Part shown: positions 12,848 to 23,333 of the stretch, in pieces
How the letters are laid out: every line of letters begins with the position of its first letter
How positions within the stretch are numbered: position 1 is the stretch's first letter
Assembly (NCBI GenBank): GCA_023920165.1
Contig: CP089279.1
Coordinates: 372,001-436,000 of the forward strand
Length of the DNA: 64,000 nt
Reading direction: 5' to 3'
Source of the DNA: Curvularia clavata
Taxonomy: Eukaryota
The notes under the pieces: generated by a model
Database searches by the model: none
Seen by the model: the letters and a program-made list of their open reading frames with translations, nothing else
Told to the model about the DNA's origin: nothing
Translations under genes and position numbers: made by a program

Positions 12848-15154
12848 CTATCGGATCTTCACTCCTTTCCTGCCCTTCTCATTCTGTATGTACTCATCAA
12901 TACACACCCCGATGATTTTGTATTGGTCCATGAGGTGGTTACGACTGATAAGTAGATTCCCCGACCCTCCAGTCTCAATGTATCCGTAATCGCGCATCTG
13001 GTCCATGACACCATGTGCAAACTCTTCTCTGACCAGAGCCCTTCCGCAGGGCCATGACGTCTTCCGAACCACAGGCTGGTCAATCTTCAAATTCCTACAA
13101 TCTGATGCATGCATTTTGTAGGCTTCCATGTTACCAGTGAACGCTAACAAATCAAATGTCTTACCCACTTCGCCAACTTGTACTAGCCCAAGACCGTCTC
13201 GAAGGATGATACGGTTATCGTTATCAATTCCCACGTAGATCTCGCCTAGTGAACTTCCTTGAACCGCCGTAAGAGCTTCGAATATGAGTGCGAACGGAGC
13301 GATGATGGTACAACCGCAATTTACACGCACCTCACAAGAGATATTCGCTGTGGTTTCGTTCCAGAGCCGTGATTCACAGTTATTAATGTCGATCATGTGA
13401 TAATTCATCGACATGTTGTGACTTCGGAAGAATTCAGGTGCTGGGCTCTCCCAAAAAGTACCGCTGACGCATCGATCTTCCCAGGAGATAGGTTTCGCTT
13501 TTGGATCTGTTATCGTCCAGTTAGGCCGTAGTTTCTGTAGCAGTCGTTTTCTGTACCGAATCACATCGCCGGTGGGATCTATAAGGCTTCCCAATATGGT
13601 CGCGGATCTGACCAGCATCTTTCCAGTCTCGTCCTTGACCACGGTCCTTGGCTGATGGTTCGTCGGTATAACTTCTGTTTCCCACATGCCTTTCTTCAAC
13701 GTCTTTCCACAATTACAGCCTCTGAAGTTGAAGGTGAATCCAGTGGTCTCACTGTTCTGAATCAGGCGAATCCTCATGTACTTCTTCGGGCTACCCTTGA
13801 CCCCTACCACCGCGGTAGATTTCGCTTGGCCATTGTTGTTCAGCTGTCCCAAATTTGTTACTCCGGCAAAGTAGTTTGTTGTCAAAGGACCGCTGTAGTT
13901 TTTGAAGACGGGGATCCAGTCCCATTCTCCTCGTTCACGGTTGCTGATCGCGAGTTTGGTCCATGCCACGTTCGTTTTTGTGGAAAGCTGTTTGAAGAAA
14001 TTAAACGAGATCTTCTCTATATCATCTCCAGCGACCTGCGTTTTGATCTCATCAAAAGTGAAGAGTCCGTTGAAGATTCCCAGAAGTCCTCTAAATATGT
14101 CCTCGTTTCTTTCGGCATTGCGTGATATCAGAGAAACAGCCGAGAAGATGTTTGCAATACCTCGATTGTTCTCACACCACCAATTTGGCCCTCCATTGAT
14201 AATATCGGTCTTTGCACTCTCGATTCCCTGCACTTGAAGCCGGAGTCTCTCCAGCGACAGCATGTCTTCGTCAACAACTCTCAAAATTGCGTTTATGGAA
14301 GCGTTATTCAACCGCCTCGATTTTTGAATCCAGTCTCGCAGCTTGGACGCTTTTTCCACGCAGTCTACGGCAAGACTCATCCACGTGTCTAACCCCCCAA
14401 TTAGTAATATTTCCCTGCGGTCTGTTGCCCACACCACAACGTTCTTGCCTAGGACCATCTCTTGGAACGTCTCTATTCGCGTAAAGTAGGGATTCCGTAA
14501 CAGCGATCGAACGTGGTTTATACAGGTAGAATAACAGTTCAGCACACCCAAGTCGATTGCGGCCGCCCTGACTGTCGTCTGAGGCACCGCGAAAGCCCAA
14601 GGTGCTTTTTCCCATTCTTGCAGCTGCATTCTTTGGTCCGCCATGATGCCCGGAGCACCTTCAGCGAGTGCCGATGATTCAATGTGCGATATGATGTGGT
14701 CGACAAATTTAAGGTCATCCACGATCTGCTGTGAATCCCAAACGATGGGCATGTCAAGAAGGATATGACACCTATCTGCATTCTTGTAGTATTCAGATAT
14801 CGTCAATATTTCGATGGCCTTATCCGCATCCGGGGTCTGTTTGGTGCACACACAGTGTGCCCATAGGTGTTTAATATTTTCAGTTACCATCAGCCTCTTT
14901 ATACCATTTAGTTTGTCTTCGCGTATTGTCAATGGCCAGTCCACACCAGGTATGTCGCACTCCCACTCTTTTTCCACTGGTGCTCCCCAAGTGTATGAAA
15001 CGATATCGAAGCCTTTAATGTTTGTTTCGCTGGTGTTGACAACGGAAAATTGTCCGTCGATCTGGCAAAGTAGCCTTGTGGGAAGATGAGACGCCATTTG
15101 GAAGGGATCAACTACATGCTCGAAGCTTGTGAAATTACTCCTTGCGAGACTCAT
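12848..15154 (-). CDS. HET (heterokaryon incompatibility) domain protein, 768 aa, intronless
   Basis: N-terminal FDIVSYTWG ... LWAHCVCTKQ ... EYYKNADRC ... YFTRIETFQE follows the HET block order. Long C-terminal region of unknown function. Confidence 0.8.
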   Translation of the reverse strand: MSLARSNFTSFEHVVDPFQMASHLPTRLLCQIDGQFSVVNTSETNIKGFDIVSYTWGAPVEKEWECDIPGVDWPLTIREDKLNGIKRLMVTENIKHLWAHCVCTKQTPDADKAIEILTISEYYKNADRCHILLDMPIVWDSQQIVDDLKFVDHIISHIESSALAEGAPGIMADQRMQLQEWEKAPWAFAVPQTTVRAAAIDLGVLNCYSTCINHVRSLLRNPYFTRIETFQEMVLGKNVVVWATDRREILLIGGLDTWMSLAVDCVEKASKLRDWIQKSRRLNNASINAILRVVDEDMLSLERLRLQVQGIESAKTDIINGGPNWWCENNRGIANIFSAVSLISRNAERNEDIFRGLLGIFNGLFTFDEIKTQVAGDDIEKISFNFFKQLSTKTNVAWTKLAISNRERGEWDWIPVFKNYSGPLTTNYFAGVTNLGQLNNNGQAKSTAVVGVKGSPKKYMRIRLIQNSETTGFTFNFRGCNCGKTLKKGMWETEVIPTNHQPRTVVKDETGKMLVRSATILGSLIDPTGDVIRYRKRLLQKLRPNWTITDPKAKPISWEDRCVSGTFWESPAPEFFRSHNMSMNYHMIDINNCESRLWNETTANISCEVRVNCGCTIIAPFALIFEALTAVQGSSLGEIYVGIDNDNRIILRDGLGLVQVGEVGKTFDLLAFTGNMEAYKMHASDCRNLKIDQPVVRKTSWPCGRALVREEFAHGVMDQMRDYGYIETGGSGNLLISRNHLMDQYKIIGVCIDEYIQNEKGRKGVKIR

Positions 15155-15955
15155 ATGATACGAAGGTCAAGGTGCACAGAGACCACATTGTTGCTGAGAA
15201 GGATCGACTGAGAAAATTCTAAACGCATTACTGCCTCGTCGTGTTACAGCCTTGCCGCCGATGCGCTGATATTAGCGCCCTCATTACCTGTATTACAGTG
15301 GGCGCTTAGCGGGCATTGCCTGATTTGCTTTACCTGGTTGCGGGCCATGCCGGGCTACAACTCGTGCACGACAAATGGAGTAAAGAGCGTCCCTTTCATG
15401 ATGCAAGGCGGCTAAACAAGTTGGAGGATGAGAACGGTATCATCGTGGGCAAGGAACGTCGCCATCATCTCGCCACTGCCAGACAACTAGTTGCATCTGC
15501 TCGCGCATTTCATCATTCCATATTATGTTCAGGTGCGATAGCCACTGTGAGAATGTTGAGCGATAATGGATTGGAGGTGTAATGTCCTAAGCTTGTTCGC
15601 ATTTAACTTTGCAAAATCCTTTGGGGCTGTGATCATTGCCTAACTGAAGAATAGCATTGGGGGCGAAAAGGGCTTGGCGTCTCATCAGGCCAATGCTCAG
15701 GCAACCAATAACGGTTCGCAATGTAATCATCCCACACATGAGGCTGATACATTCAATTCTTAGAGGTTTATTGCAGCACGTGATGGCGGTAATGGTGGGG
15801 ACTTTCTTGTTCGTTGTTAAATAAAGAGATGAGAATTATATAGTTAACTAGAAATAAATCGTTATATAGTGTACTTTGTGAATCCGCACGTGCAACGATA
15901 CGAATAGTGCTTTCTGTTTCTTCCTCTTACAGCTTAGTCACCCGCCAAGACCTCT

Positions 15956-17461
15956 TTACAATTCCTCCTTGTCCTCATCGTCATCAAGATCCACATCCTT
16001 GATAGGATCCCTCTCAGCATCACGAATAGCCTTTTCAAACTCGGCTGCCTCCTTGGGACTACTCTCGAACAAATGCTCCCTGACCAGTCTCTGCGGCGTC
16101 TCGCCCAGCCACTGGAACAAGCTGAAATCCTGGAACTTGTCTGCGCGGAAGATTTCGAGCACCTCGACGTCCTCGTCGTCGGAAAGGTTCTCGATGAAGT
16201 GACCCATGTTGCGGGGGATGACGCCAACGTCTCCGGCCTGGAAGTCAAAGGTGCGGGCCGTGCCTTTGGCAGCAAAGATGGTGACGCGAGCACGACCGGC
16301 AATGAAGAAGGACCATTCGTCTGCGTTGGCTGGGGTAGAAAGTTAGTTTGCTAAGTTTGTAAGGATTAAGATGGGCATAACTTACGATGCCAATGCATTT
16401 CGCGAATCGCACCAGGCTGGATTCTCAAGTGGGCTGCTGCCACTGTCTTTGAAATGGGAAAGTTGGTCGAATCGGTGATGCGAACCTGGCCACCGGTTGT
16501 GTTGACAGGCTCCTGGGCCAGCATCTTGTGGGTGAACTGCAGCTTGGACTTTTTGTAGCCCTTGCTATCACTTGGAACCTCCTTGTCGATGGAGTCTGGC
16601 TCCGAGCCCTTGAAAATGTACTTCTCCTTGTCGGGAATGGCCTTGAAGACTTCGGGAGCTACGCGGAAGTTCTCGCCGAGGACGGACTTGGGCGTCAGTC
16701 TCATCCAGTCGGTGAGCAAAAATGTCGAATCCTCGGAGAAGTTACCGTCGTCAAAGACGAGCAGGAACTCAGTGCCATTGGGGCTCAGGCCTTGGAGAGA
16801 GTGAGGATGGCCAGAAGGGAAGTACCATAGATCGCCCTTTTCGAGGTCGTCGACGAAGCTGCCGCCCTCAGTGTCGAGAGCAGTGATGCGGACTTTTCCT
16901 TCAAGGACATAGGCCCATTCGGCTTCCTTGTGCCAATGGAGCTCGCGGATGACGCCTTCCTCGAGACGCATGTTAACTCCAGCGAGCTCCTTGCTAGTTC
17001 CTAGCTCACGGACAGTAGTCTCACGCGTCCAGCCGCCCTCTTCAATGCGGATGTGCGAGTCGGCAAAGGACCAGCGCATATTGGGGATTGCACCATGGTC
17101 AGTGCTGGGCGGGCGGACGAGATCAGGGTTTTGGCGTTCACGGCCACGGTTTCGGGGGCCCAAGACGCTTGCTCCGTCGCCATTTCGCTGTCGTAGGTGT
17201 TAGTAGATTTGCAGAGATATAGCAGATGCGCGACTGAGCATGTGTGTATATACTCACGTATGGAAGCGGCTGGAGCTTGTCGCCCTGGGAATCAATCTTC
17301 CGATCATATGGGTCCTTCACATCCGGCCTGTATGGATTGGTGACTTTGTGAGGCCCAGCGTGGTGTCGCGCACTGCCGACCAGCGGTGCTTGTTGCTCAA
17401 AGGGCGCTGCAATGGCACCGCCACAGTAGCTAAGCGCAACCAGCAACGACGAGAGATGCAT
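15956..17461 (-). CDS. oxdC: Secreted Mn-dependent bicupin oxalate decarboxylase, 3 exons
   Basis: Signal peptide MHLSSLLVALSYCGGAIA. Introns 17188-17257 and 16330-16385. Two cupin Mn sites (RELHWHKEAEW...GHPH; REMHWHPNADEW...MGH). Lid loop FSEDST resembles the SENST lid of Bacillus OxdC. Ends DKEEL*. Confidence 0.93.
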
Positions 17462-18014
17462 GATCGTTCGAGTGAATGGCAAAATGGCCAAAGCTGGAGA
17501 GAATCACAGCATTGAGGCTGGCAATGGCGCCTTTTTGATGCTGGCAGCTCGCATTGCGCGTCGCCCAGTGCCGTGTTCCGATGACGCCATGAATACCGGG
17601 CTCTAACCATCACTCATCACCATGCAGCCGCCAATCCTCGATTTTTCCACAGCGCCAGGCCCACAACATGAAGCTTTCCCCGCACTCGAACAGCACTTCT
17701 TGACCATCCAAAACACGCCGTAATATCGCTGTCACTCCCAAAAGGAAGGTCTCCCACTTCAGCCACACCCCCTTCCTGAGCTATCCTGCAATTGCCGCCT
17801 TCTCCGCACGCAAAGCTTGACAGCCTTGACAGCCTAGACCGAAGCTTGAGTTGACGTGCCTGGCGTCCTGCAGCGTGCCAGCAGCCGTCTCGCCCCGGTT
17901 ACACTGACGGCGCGAGCCTGCGATCCGCTCCAATCGCACATAAAGCATCTCTCGGCCGTTACGAGGCCGACCCAAGGATCTGACTCCTCTCCCTTCTCCC
18001 CACGCGCGCAAACC

Positions 18015-18879
18015 ATGAGCACTGCATTACCCAGAAACGCCACAGACGAGGAAACGCCACTTCTCGGCCGAAATGGCGCCGTCGGCGGAAAATCGGGGCC
18101 GCCCGTTCTCCAGCGAATGAGGCACCACATGCAGTCCAACGTCAACAGGAACTGGGCCGATGTTGTCTTGATCCTGTGTTACACCATCACGGGCTTGCTC
18201 GACAGTTCTGCTGTCTTCATATGGGGCTCCTTTGTGAGCATGCAGACGGGTAAGCACCTGAGCACGCCCGTCTTGATCTAGACCCAGCCAGCTCATCCAA
18301 ATAATAGGAAACACCGTCTACTTTGGCTTGGGTATTGTCGCGCCCTCTGAGGGCGTTCGCTGGATCAAGGCCGGCGTGTCCATTGCTGCCTTCTGCGCTG
18401 GCTCTTTTTGCTTTGCCCGTTTCCACCGCTACTTCTCTCCTGCCAAGCGATGGGTCCTGGTTGCATCCTACTCGTTCCAAATGCTGCTCATCATTCTCGC
18501 AGCTACCATTGCTACATTCGGCAAAGACACAAAGGAAGGTCTGCACTGGCAAGTGCTTCTTCCGCTTGCCGCAGTCGCCTTTCAGTCTAGTGGACAGGCT
18601 GTCACGTCTCGTGCTTTGAAGTATAACGGCTTGACCAGTGTTGTGCTTACAAGCAACTATTGCGACTTGTTTTCTGACCCAGAGCTCTTCAAGATGTCTA
18701 ACGTTGAGCGCAACAGGAGAGTTGGTGCGCCTCTCGCCCTGCTTGTCGGAGCATGCATGGGTGGATTGTTTGCGCATAGCAATGTAGGCCTTGCAGGCGC
18801 TTTGTGGACTGCAGCAGCTCTGAAGCTGATGGCCGTCTCTGCCTGGGTATTCTGGAAGTCAGAGAAGCTTGAAGATTAG
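18015..18879 (+). CDS. DUF1275/YoaK-family multi-pass membrane protein, 2 exons
   Basis: ATG 18015; intron 18250-18307. Spliced GLLDSSAVFIWGSFVSMQTGNTVYFG and QSSGQAVTSR...TSVVLTSNYCDL match the two repeated DUF1275 motifs; about 6 TM segments. Confidence 0.85.
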
Positions 18880-20035
18880 AGCATGGAGAGGTAAACATTT
18901 GATTGTTGAAGATGTCTGGGAACATGGTATTTGTTCCTAACCGGTGGACCCGTGATAGAGGCTGCAACATCTTTGGCTTGATGTCATAGATCAGCTTTGA
19001 GTTATTGGGGGGATAGATTGTGATGCATGATAGATCGTATATCGGGGTATAGCTGTACCACTAGGTTGGTATTGACTTTGGAGGCTTTCTTTTTTTTTCT
19101 TTTTTTTTAGCTGGTGATGTAGCATTCATAGAACTGATCTACTACACCTAAGAGAGCTCTACCTTTAGAGGGATTGACTTGGATAGCAATGATCCAACCT
19201 ATGGCTTGTGCATCGCATTCGAAGACGGCGTATGTGTATGCTAATATAAAAGCAACCGACTCAACTACTACAGCATCCAATGATACAGGCAGTTGACGCT
19301 GAGGAACTCCATGTTGTGAGCCGAGTAGCATTTTGGTGAAATATCGCTGGATATTGAGGCTGCGGGGGTAGGGGTTTTTACAATATGACAACATATTTCG
19401 GTACAGAACTGCCTCAAGAATGAAGCATAGTCTATGCGAACGTCACACGCAGCCTCTTGCACAACCAATCAACTCCTGTGGAATGAAATCAAACAAGGAA
19501 GCTTTTTTTACTAGAAAAGGGAGAAAGCTCACCACTACCAATCTCGGCAATTGATTATGCGAACTCATTCTGAAAGACTGCTAGTTTGATTGGAGGGCTG
19601 CCGCCATGATGGACTACCTGTGGTACCTGCGCTAGCTTCTGCTCTTTGCTACACGGCTCTCTCAGCCAATGCTTCATTTGGTTTCTATCCGTTAATTCGA
19701 AAACATGAAAGCATGCATTTGTAACCTTTCTCTCACGCCCTGCAACCCAAAAATATACACTGCTCTATAGACCCCAAACGAGCCAAATTACTCAGAGTCT
19801 CCTGTGTTCCCTTCTGCCAAATAATACGTGTTATCCTTCCGTTGAGACCAACTCCACGACTCCACCGCCTCATCCCACGTGCCAAGCATCGAGTCTGCCC
19901 CAACACGCTCCGCCATGATACTACTGCGTCACATTCGGCACATCAGCCTATTTGGCACAGCTTTCCGCCAGTAATAAACGCCATGGAACAAATTGTCTAG
20001 CGATTTTGCGTAACTTGAGTACCGCGATGTCCTTT

Positions 20036-20059
20036 GCCAAGGCTATCCGCCGCCTTGGC
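20036..20059. promoter_or_regulatory. Perfect 8-bp inverted repeat GCCAAGGC-N8-GCCTTGGC holding two PacC/Rim101-type GCCARG sites
   Basis: Read directly; about 190 bp upstream of ATG 20244. A third GCCAAG lies at 19881-19886 and a TATA-like element near 20117. Confidence 0.4.
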
Positions 20060-20243
20060 TCTGCGCCCAGGCATGCGTTTGTATGCCACCCGACAGAGAG
20101 GATGGAAAAGTTTTAGTATATAGGTGTTGTTACGTTCGTGTTTTTCTTAAATCATATACCCTCGTATAACAAACGACCTGTTTCGAGTTCCTTACTCTTC
20201 ACTCACCCACAAATTCACCCACGGCCATTACCATCAAGTCAAC

Positions 20244-20852
20244 ATGAAGCTCTCCATCACCCTTCTTTTCGCCGCAGCCGCGAGCATCGTTGCTCAAGAC
20301 ACCGTCTCTGTCACTGAAAGCGGCGCCTGCGAGCCCCACGGCGACCACTGGTACGCATCTTCACACCTTTCGGTCGTCTCAACACCAGAAAATCTAACCT
20401 CACCTAGGCACTGCGCCAACGGCGTCCCAGAACCCACTACTCCTCCTACTCCCGAGCAGCTCGCCAGCCACTCTGCCGAAGAGGCCGCTGAAAATTCTAC
20501 TCCCGCTTCCAACGCCGTTTCTACTACCCTCAATGTCGTTTCTTCTGGAACCGCCCTTATCACGCCTTCTGCTTCGTCGCACTCCCACGACGATGATGAC
20601 CACGATGACGACCATGTAGCGACGGCTAGCACCTGTGAGCCTCACGGCGACCACTGGCACTGCCCCTCTGGCGTTGCTGAGCCTACAACACCCCCTGCGG
20701 AGAGCGCCTCTCGTAGCGCCTCGGGCAGCGCTGCCGCTGCCACAACTGCATCTGGCAGCCAGGCTCCTCAACAAACTGCAAACGCCGCTGCTCAAGTAGT
20801 AGGTGCTGGACAGGTCGTTGCCCTCATTGGTGTTGCTGCCTACTTCTTGTAA
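20244..20852 (+). CDS. Secreted, probably GPI-anchored His-rich protein with two CEPHGDHWHC repeats
   Basis: Signal peptide MKLSITLLFAAAASIVAQ. Removing the 57-nt intron 20351-20407 (GTACGC...CTAAC...TAG) restores the first CEPHGDHWHC. Also a His/Asp tract SHSHDDDDHDDDH, Ser/Thr/Ala stalk and hydrophobic C-terminus after ANAA. Confidence 0.85.
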   Translation: MKLSITLLFAAAASIVAQDTVSVTESGACEPHGDHWYASSHLSVVSTPENLTSPRHCANGVPEPTTPPTPEQLASHSAEEAAENSTPASNAVSTTLNVVSSGTALITPSASSHSHDDDDHDDDHVATASTCEPHGDHWHCPSGVAEPTTPPAESASRSASGSAAAATTASGSQAPQQTANAAAQVVGAGQVVALIGVAAYFL

Positions 20853-21795
20853 GCACGGGGTTGCTCTCAGTTCCTTTCGTTGGATTGTTTGTGATTGCGA
20901 TCAAGCAATGGGCACGATGTGCATAATGTGAAATGGGTTCTGGTTGGTTTTTTATCAACCTTCTGTACATAGATTATGAAAACGGGCATCTTGAATGCAT
21001 CTTGTTTCGGTCACGAATCTGGTCTCATGGCTGGTAGTGACAAGAGTATTATTATGGCTGCTCTAGCGTGCTTTTGATTCCAGTGAAAATCAAGTTCATG
21101 ACTGGTTTTTCCCAGACGACCCGAACGTTATATCACATATCTAACTCAGCTTTTACGCGTAGACTTGTAGTCGCCGACAACATGTGGAAACCCCGATAAA
21201 GCAGCCTTACGTAGAGGTACTTGGAATTAAACTGGCAGTTCTTGAGAAGAAATATGCATGTGATTTACGTTTGTGTGCTCCTTATCCATGTGGCTCGAGT
21301 GTTTCTTTCCCACTCCGCTTCCGCTGCATACTCGTCTTATCAGCTGCACAAATAGTCAACTTATGACAAGAACGCATATTCCATCTGCATATTCCGCGGA
21401 CAAACTGATAACGGGAATAACACAACCCCAGCAATTAAGCTAAGCCCTGGTCATCTGCAAAAGAAGAAAAAGAGTAAAGCGCAATATGAGGGACCATTGT
21501 ACGCGTAGTGTAGCCTACGCGTCTTGGCGCTAGAGACGTCACCCAATGCCGCATGATCACAAAGCACAACGATGAACGGAACATGAGGACATGAAGAAGA
21601 GAAAAGGCTGAATATATGAAAAAAAGAGAGATATTCGTTAGTTTCATAACGGCATGTCCCGCGTGCCCATCGTACAGTTTTCTAAAAACAAAAAGGGGAA
21701 TATATGTGTAGTCCTTCCGTCGCTGTGCCAAATACCGTTGCGCCTATGCGAATGCAAAACATCGACCTTATTATACAGAAACCATATCTATGCCT

Positions 21796-23333
21796 TTAGA
21801 AGCCATTGAAACCAAGCATGATGCCAGCACCAGCAAGGGCAGCACCGCTGACCCAAGGGTTTGCAGTGGCGGCTGGTGGGGCAGCACCACTGGGGGTCTC
21901 GAATGAACCACCACCAGTGATACTAGGGCCGTTAACTCTAGGACCACCAGAACCCACTGCTGCCGTTGAGACTGCGTTGTTAACTACCGAGGCGTTTGGT
22001 ACGCCGTCAGAGCCTTTCTTGATCTCTTGGATGTTTGACGAAGTGGCGTTGAAATTTGTCTGGGCAAGGGAGATTTGATTGTTGTCGAGATCGTAGACGA
22101 CGTAAGCGGACCGAAGGAAGGTGTCTCCAAGGACAGCAACAGAGTCTCCGGCTGGTCCGACGCCGAAGATGCAGACGGGACGTCCGCGGCTGACTGCGGC
22201 AAGGATGACGAGTTCATTGAGGGGAACTGAAATCTTAACACCGGAAAAGTTGAAGTCAAGCGAGCCTTGCTTGTTGGCCAAGTTGCAGCTGACAAAAGCG
22301 GCGCCCTGCGAGGAATCGTACTGCGCGTTGTACGTCTGGTACAGTGCGTTGGCGACCTGGTCGGGCAAGTACATCAAGGAGGAACCAGAGTCGAGAAGCA
22401 CAGGCACGTTTTCATCCTTGAAGAGGGAGCCATCGTCACCGTTCTGACCCATGCCTGTCAAGGCGATGATGAATTCAGCAAACACGCCTCCCCGCTCCTT
22501 AATGATGGGTAGAGTCTGTAGCTCGCCTTCGTACTTGTCGGTATCCACGCCACCAAACAAGATGCTTCCGGTCGACGCATCCAAGTCATTCAACCACAGT
22601 GAGTACGCGTTGGAGTTGATATCACCGTTTTCTGCCAGTTTTGCAGGTAAGTTGGGGTAAGGCTGAAGTCCAGCGCGACCGACAGCGACCTCGTTGATGG
22701 TGTATCCGATGCCGAGGATGCCTTCTTCGGAGCTCGATACGTAGCCAATGCCAAATTGCATGTCCTCTATGGTCTTGCCGCCGAAACGGAACGTGTCTGT
22801 GGCGTAGTCTCCAGCTGCGCCTGATCCGTCTACATAGGAAATGTTGAATACGCTGTTAACATACTGATACGTCGATGACTGATTTGCGTTGTATGTGCCA
22901 GAGTCGCCGCACTGGTTGCCACCCTGCATGCAGAGATTGGAGTTTGCTGAGTTGACCCAGAGATCGCTGCTTCCTGTGTCGATGTGGAGGCGGAAGTTTT
23001 GTGGAGGGGTGCCTAAGCTTGCGTTTGCAAAGTAGAGCGTCTCGAGATTATCTAGGGTTTGTTGGACAGTCTTTTGGCGTCTCCGCAATCGATCGTGTGC
23101 GACTGGGTTGACAACATGGCGGCGCTGAGTTTCAAGAAGAACTACCTTGGGGTTCTGGTTTTTTACTGTCAGCGATAGTTCGCCAAAGCAGACGAGTATG
23201 TAAGTTGGGGGAGGAGTTCGCTTCGTGGGGCTGAAATGATGGGGTAGCCAAGCACAGCACCTACCTCTCGCGGGGCAAGCTCCAATGCCGCTGCTGACGC
23301 TAGTAGCGCCGACAGCAACGTCGGATACTTCAT
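21796..23333 (-). CDS. GPI-anchored aspartic protease (A1, yapsin/OpsB-like), 2 exons
   Basis: ATG 23333 (MKYPTLLSALLASAAA, signal peptide); intron 23155-23264. Catalytic DTGSSDLW and LLDSGSS, LGDTFLRSAYVVYD, hydrophobic C-terminal tail. Confidence 0.92.

Noticed and set aside
19107..19468. Two small minus-strand ORFs between the DUF1275 and His-triad genes
   Set aside because: Non-ATG starts, no motifs and no coding-like codon bias.
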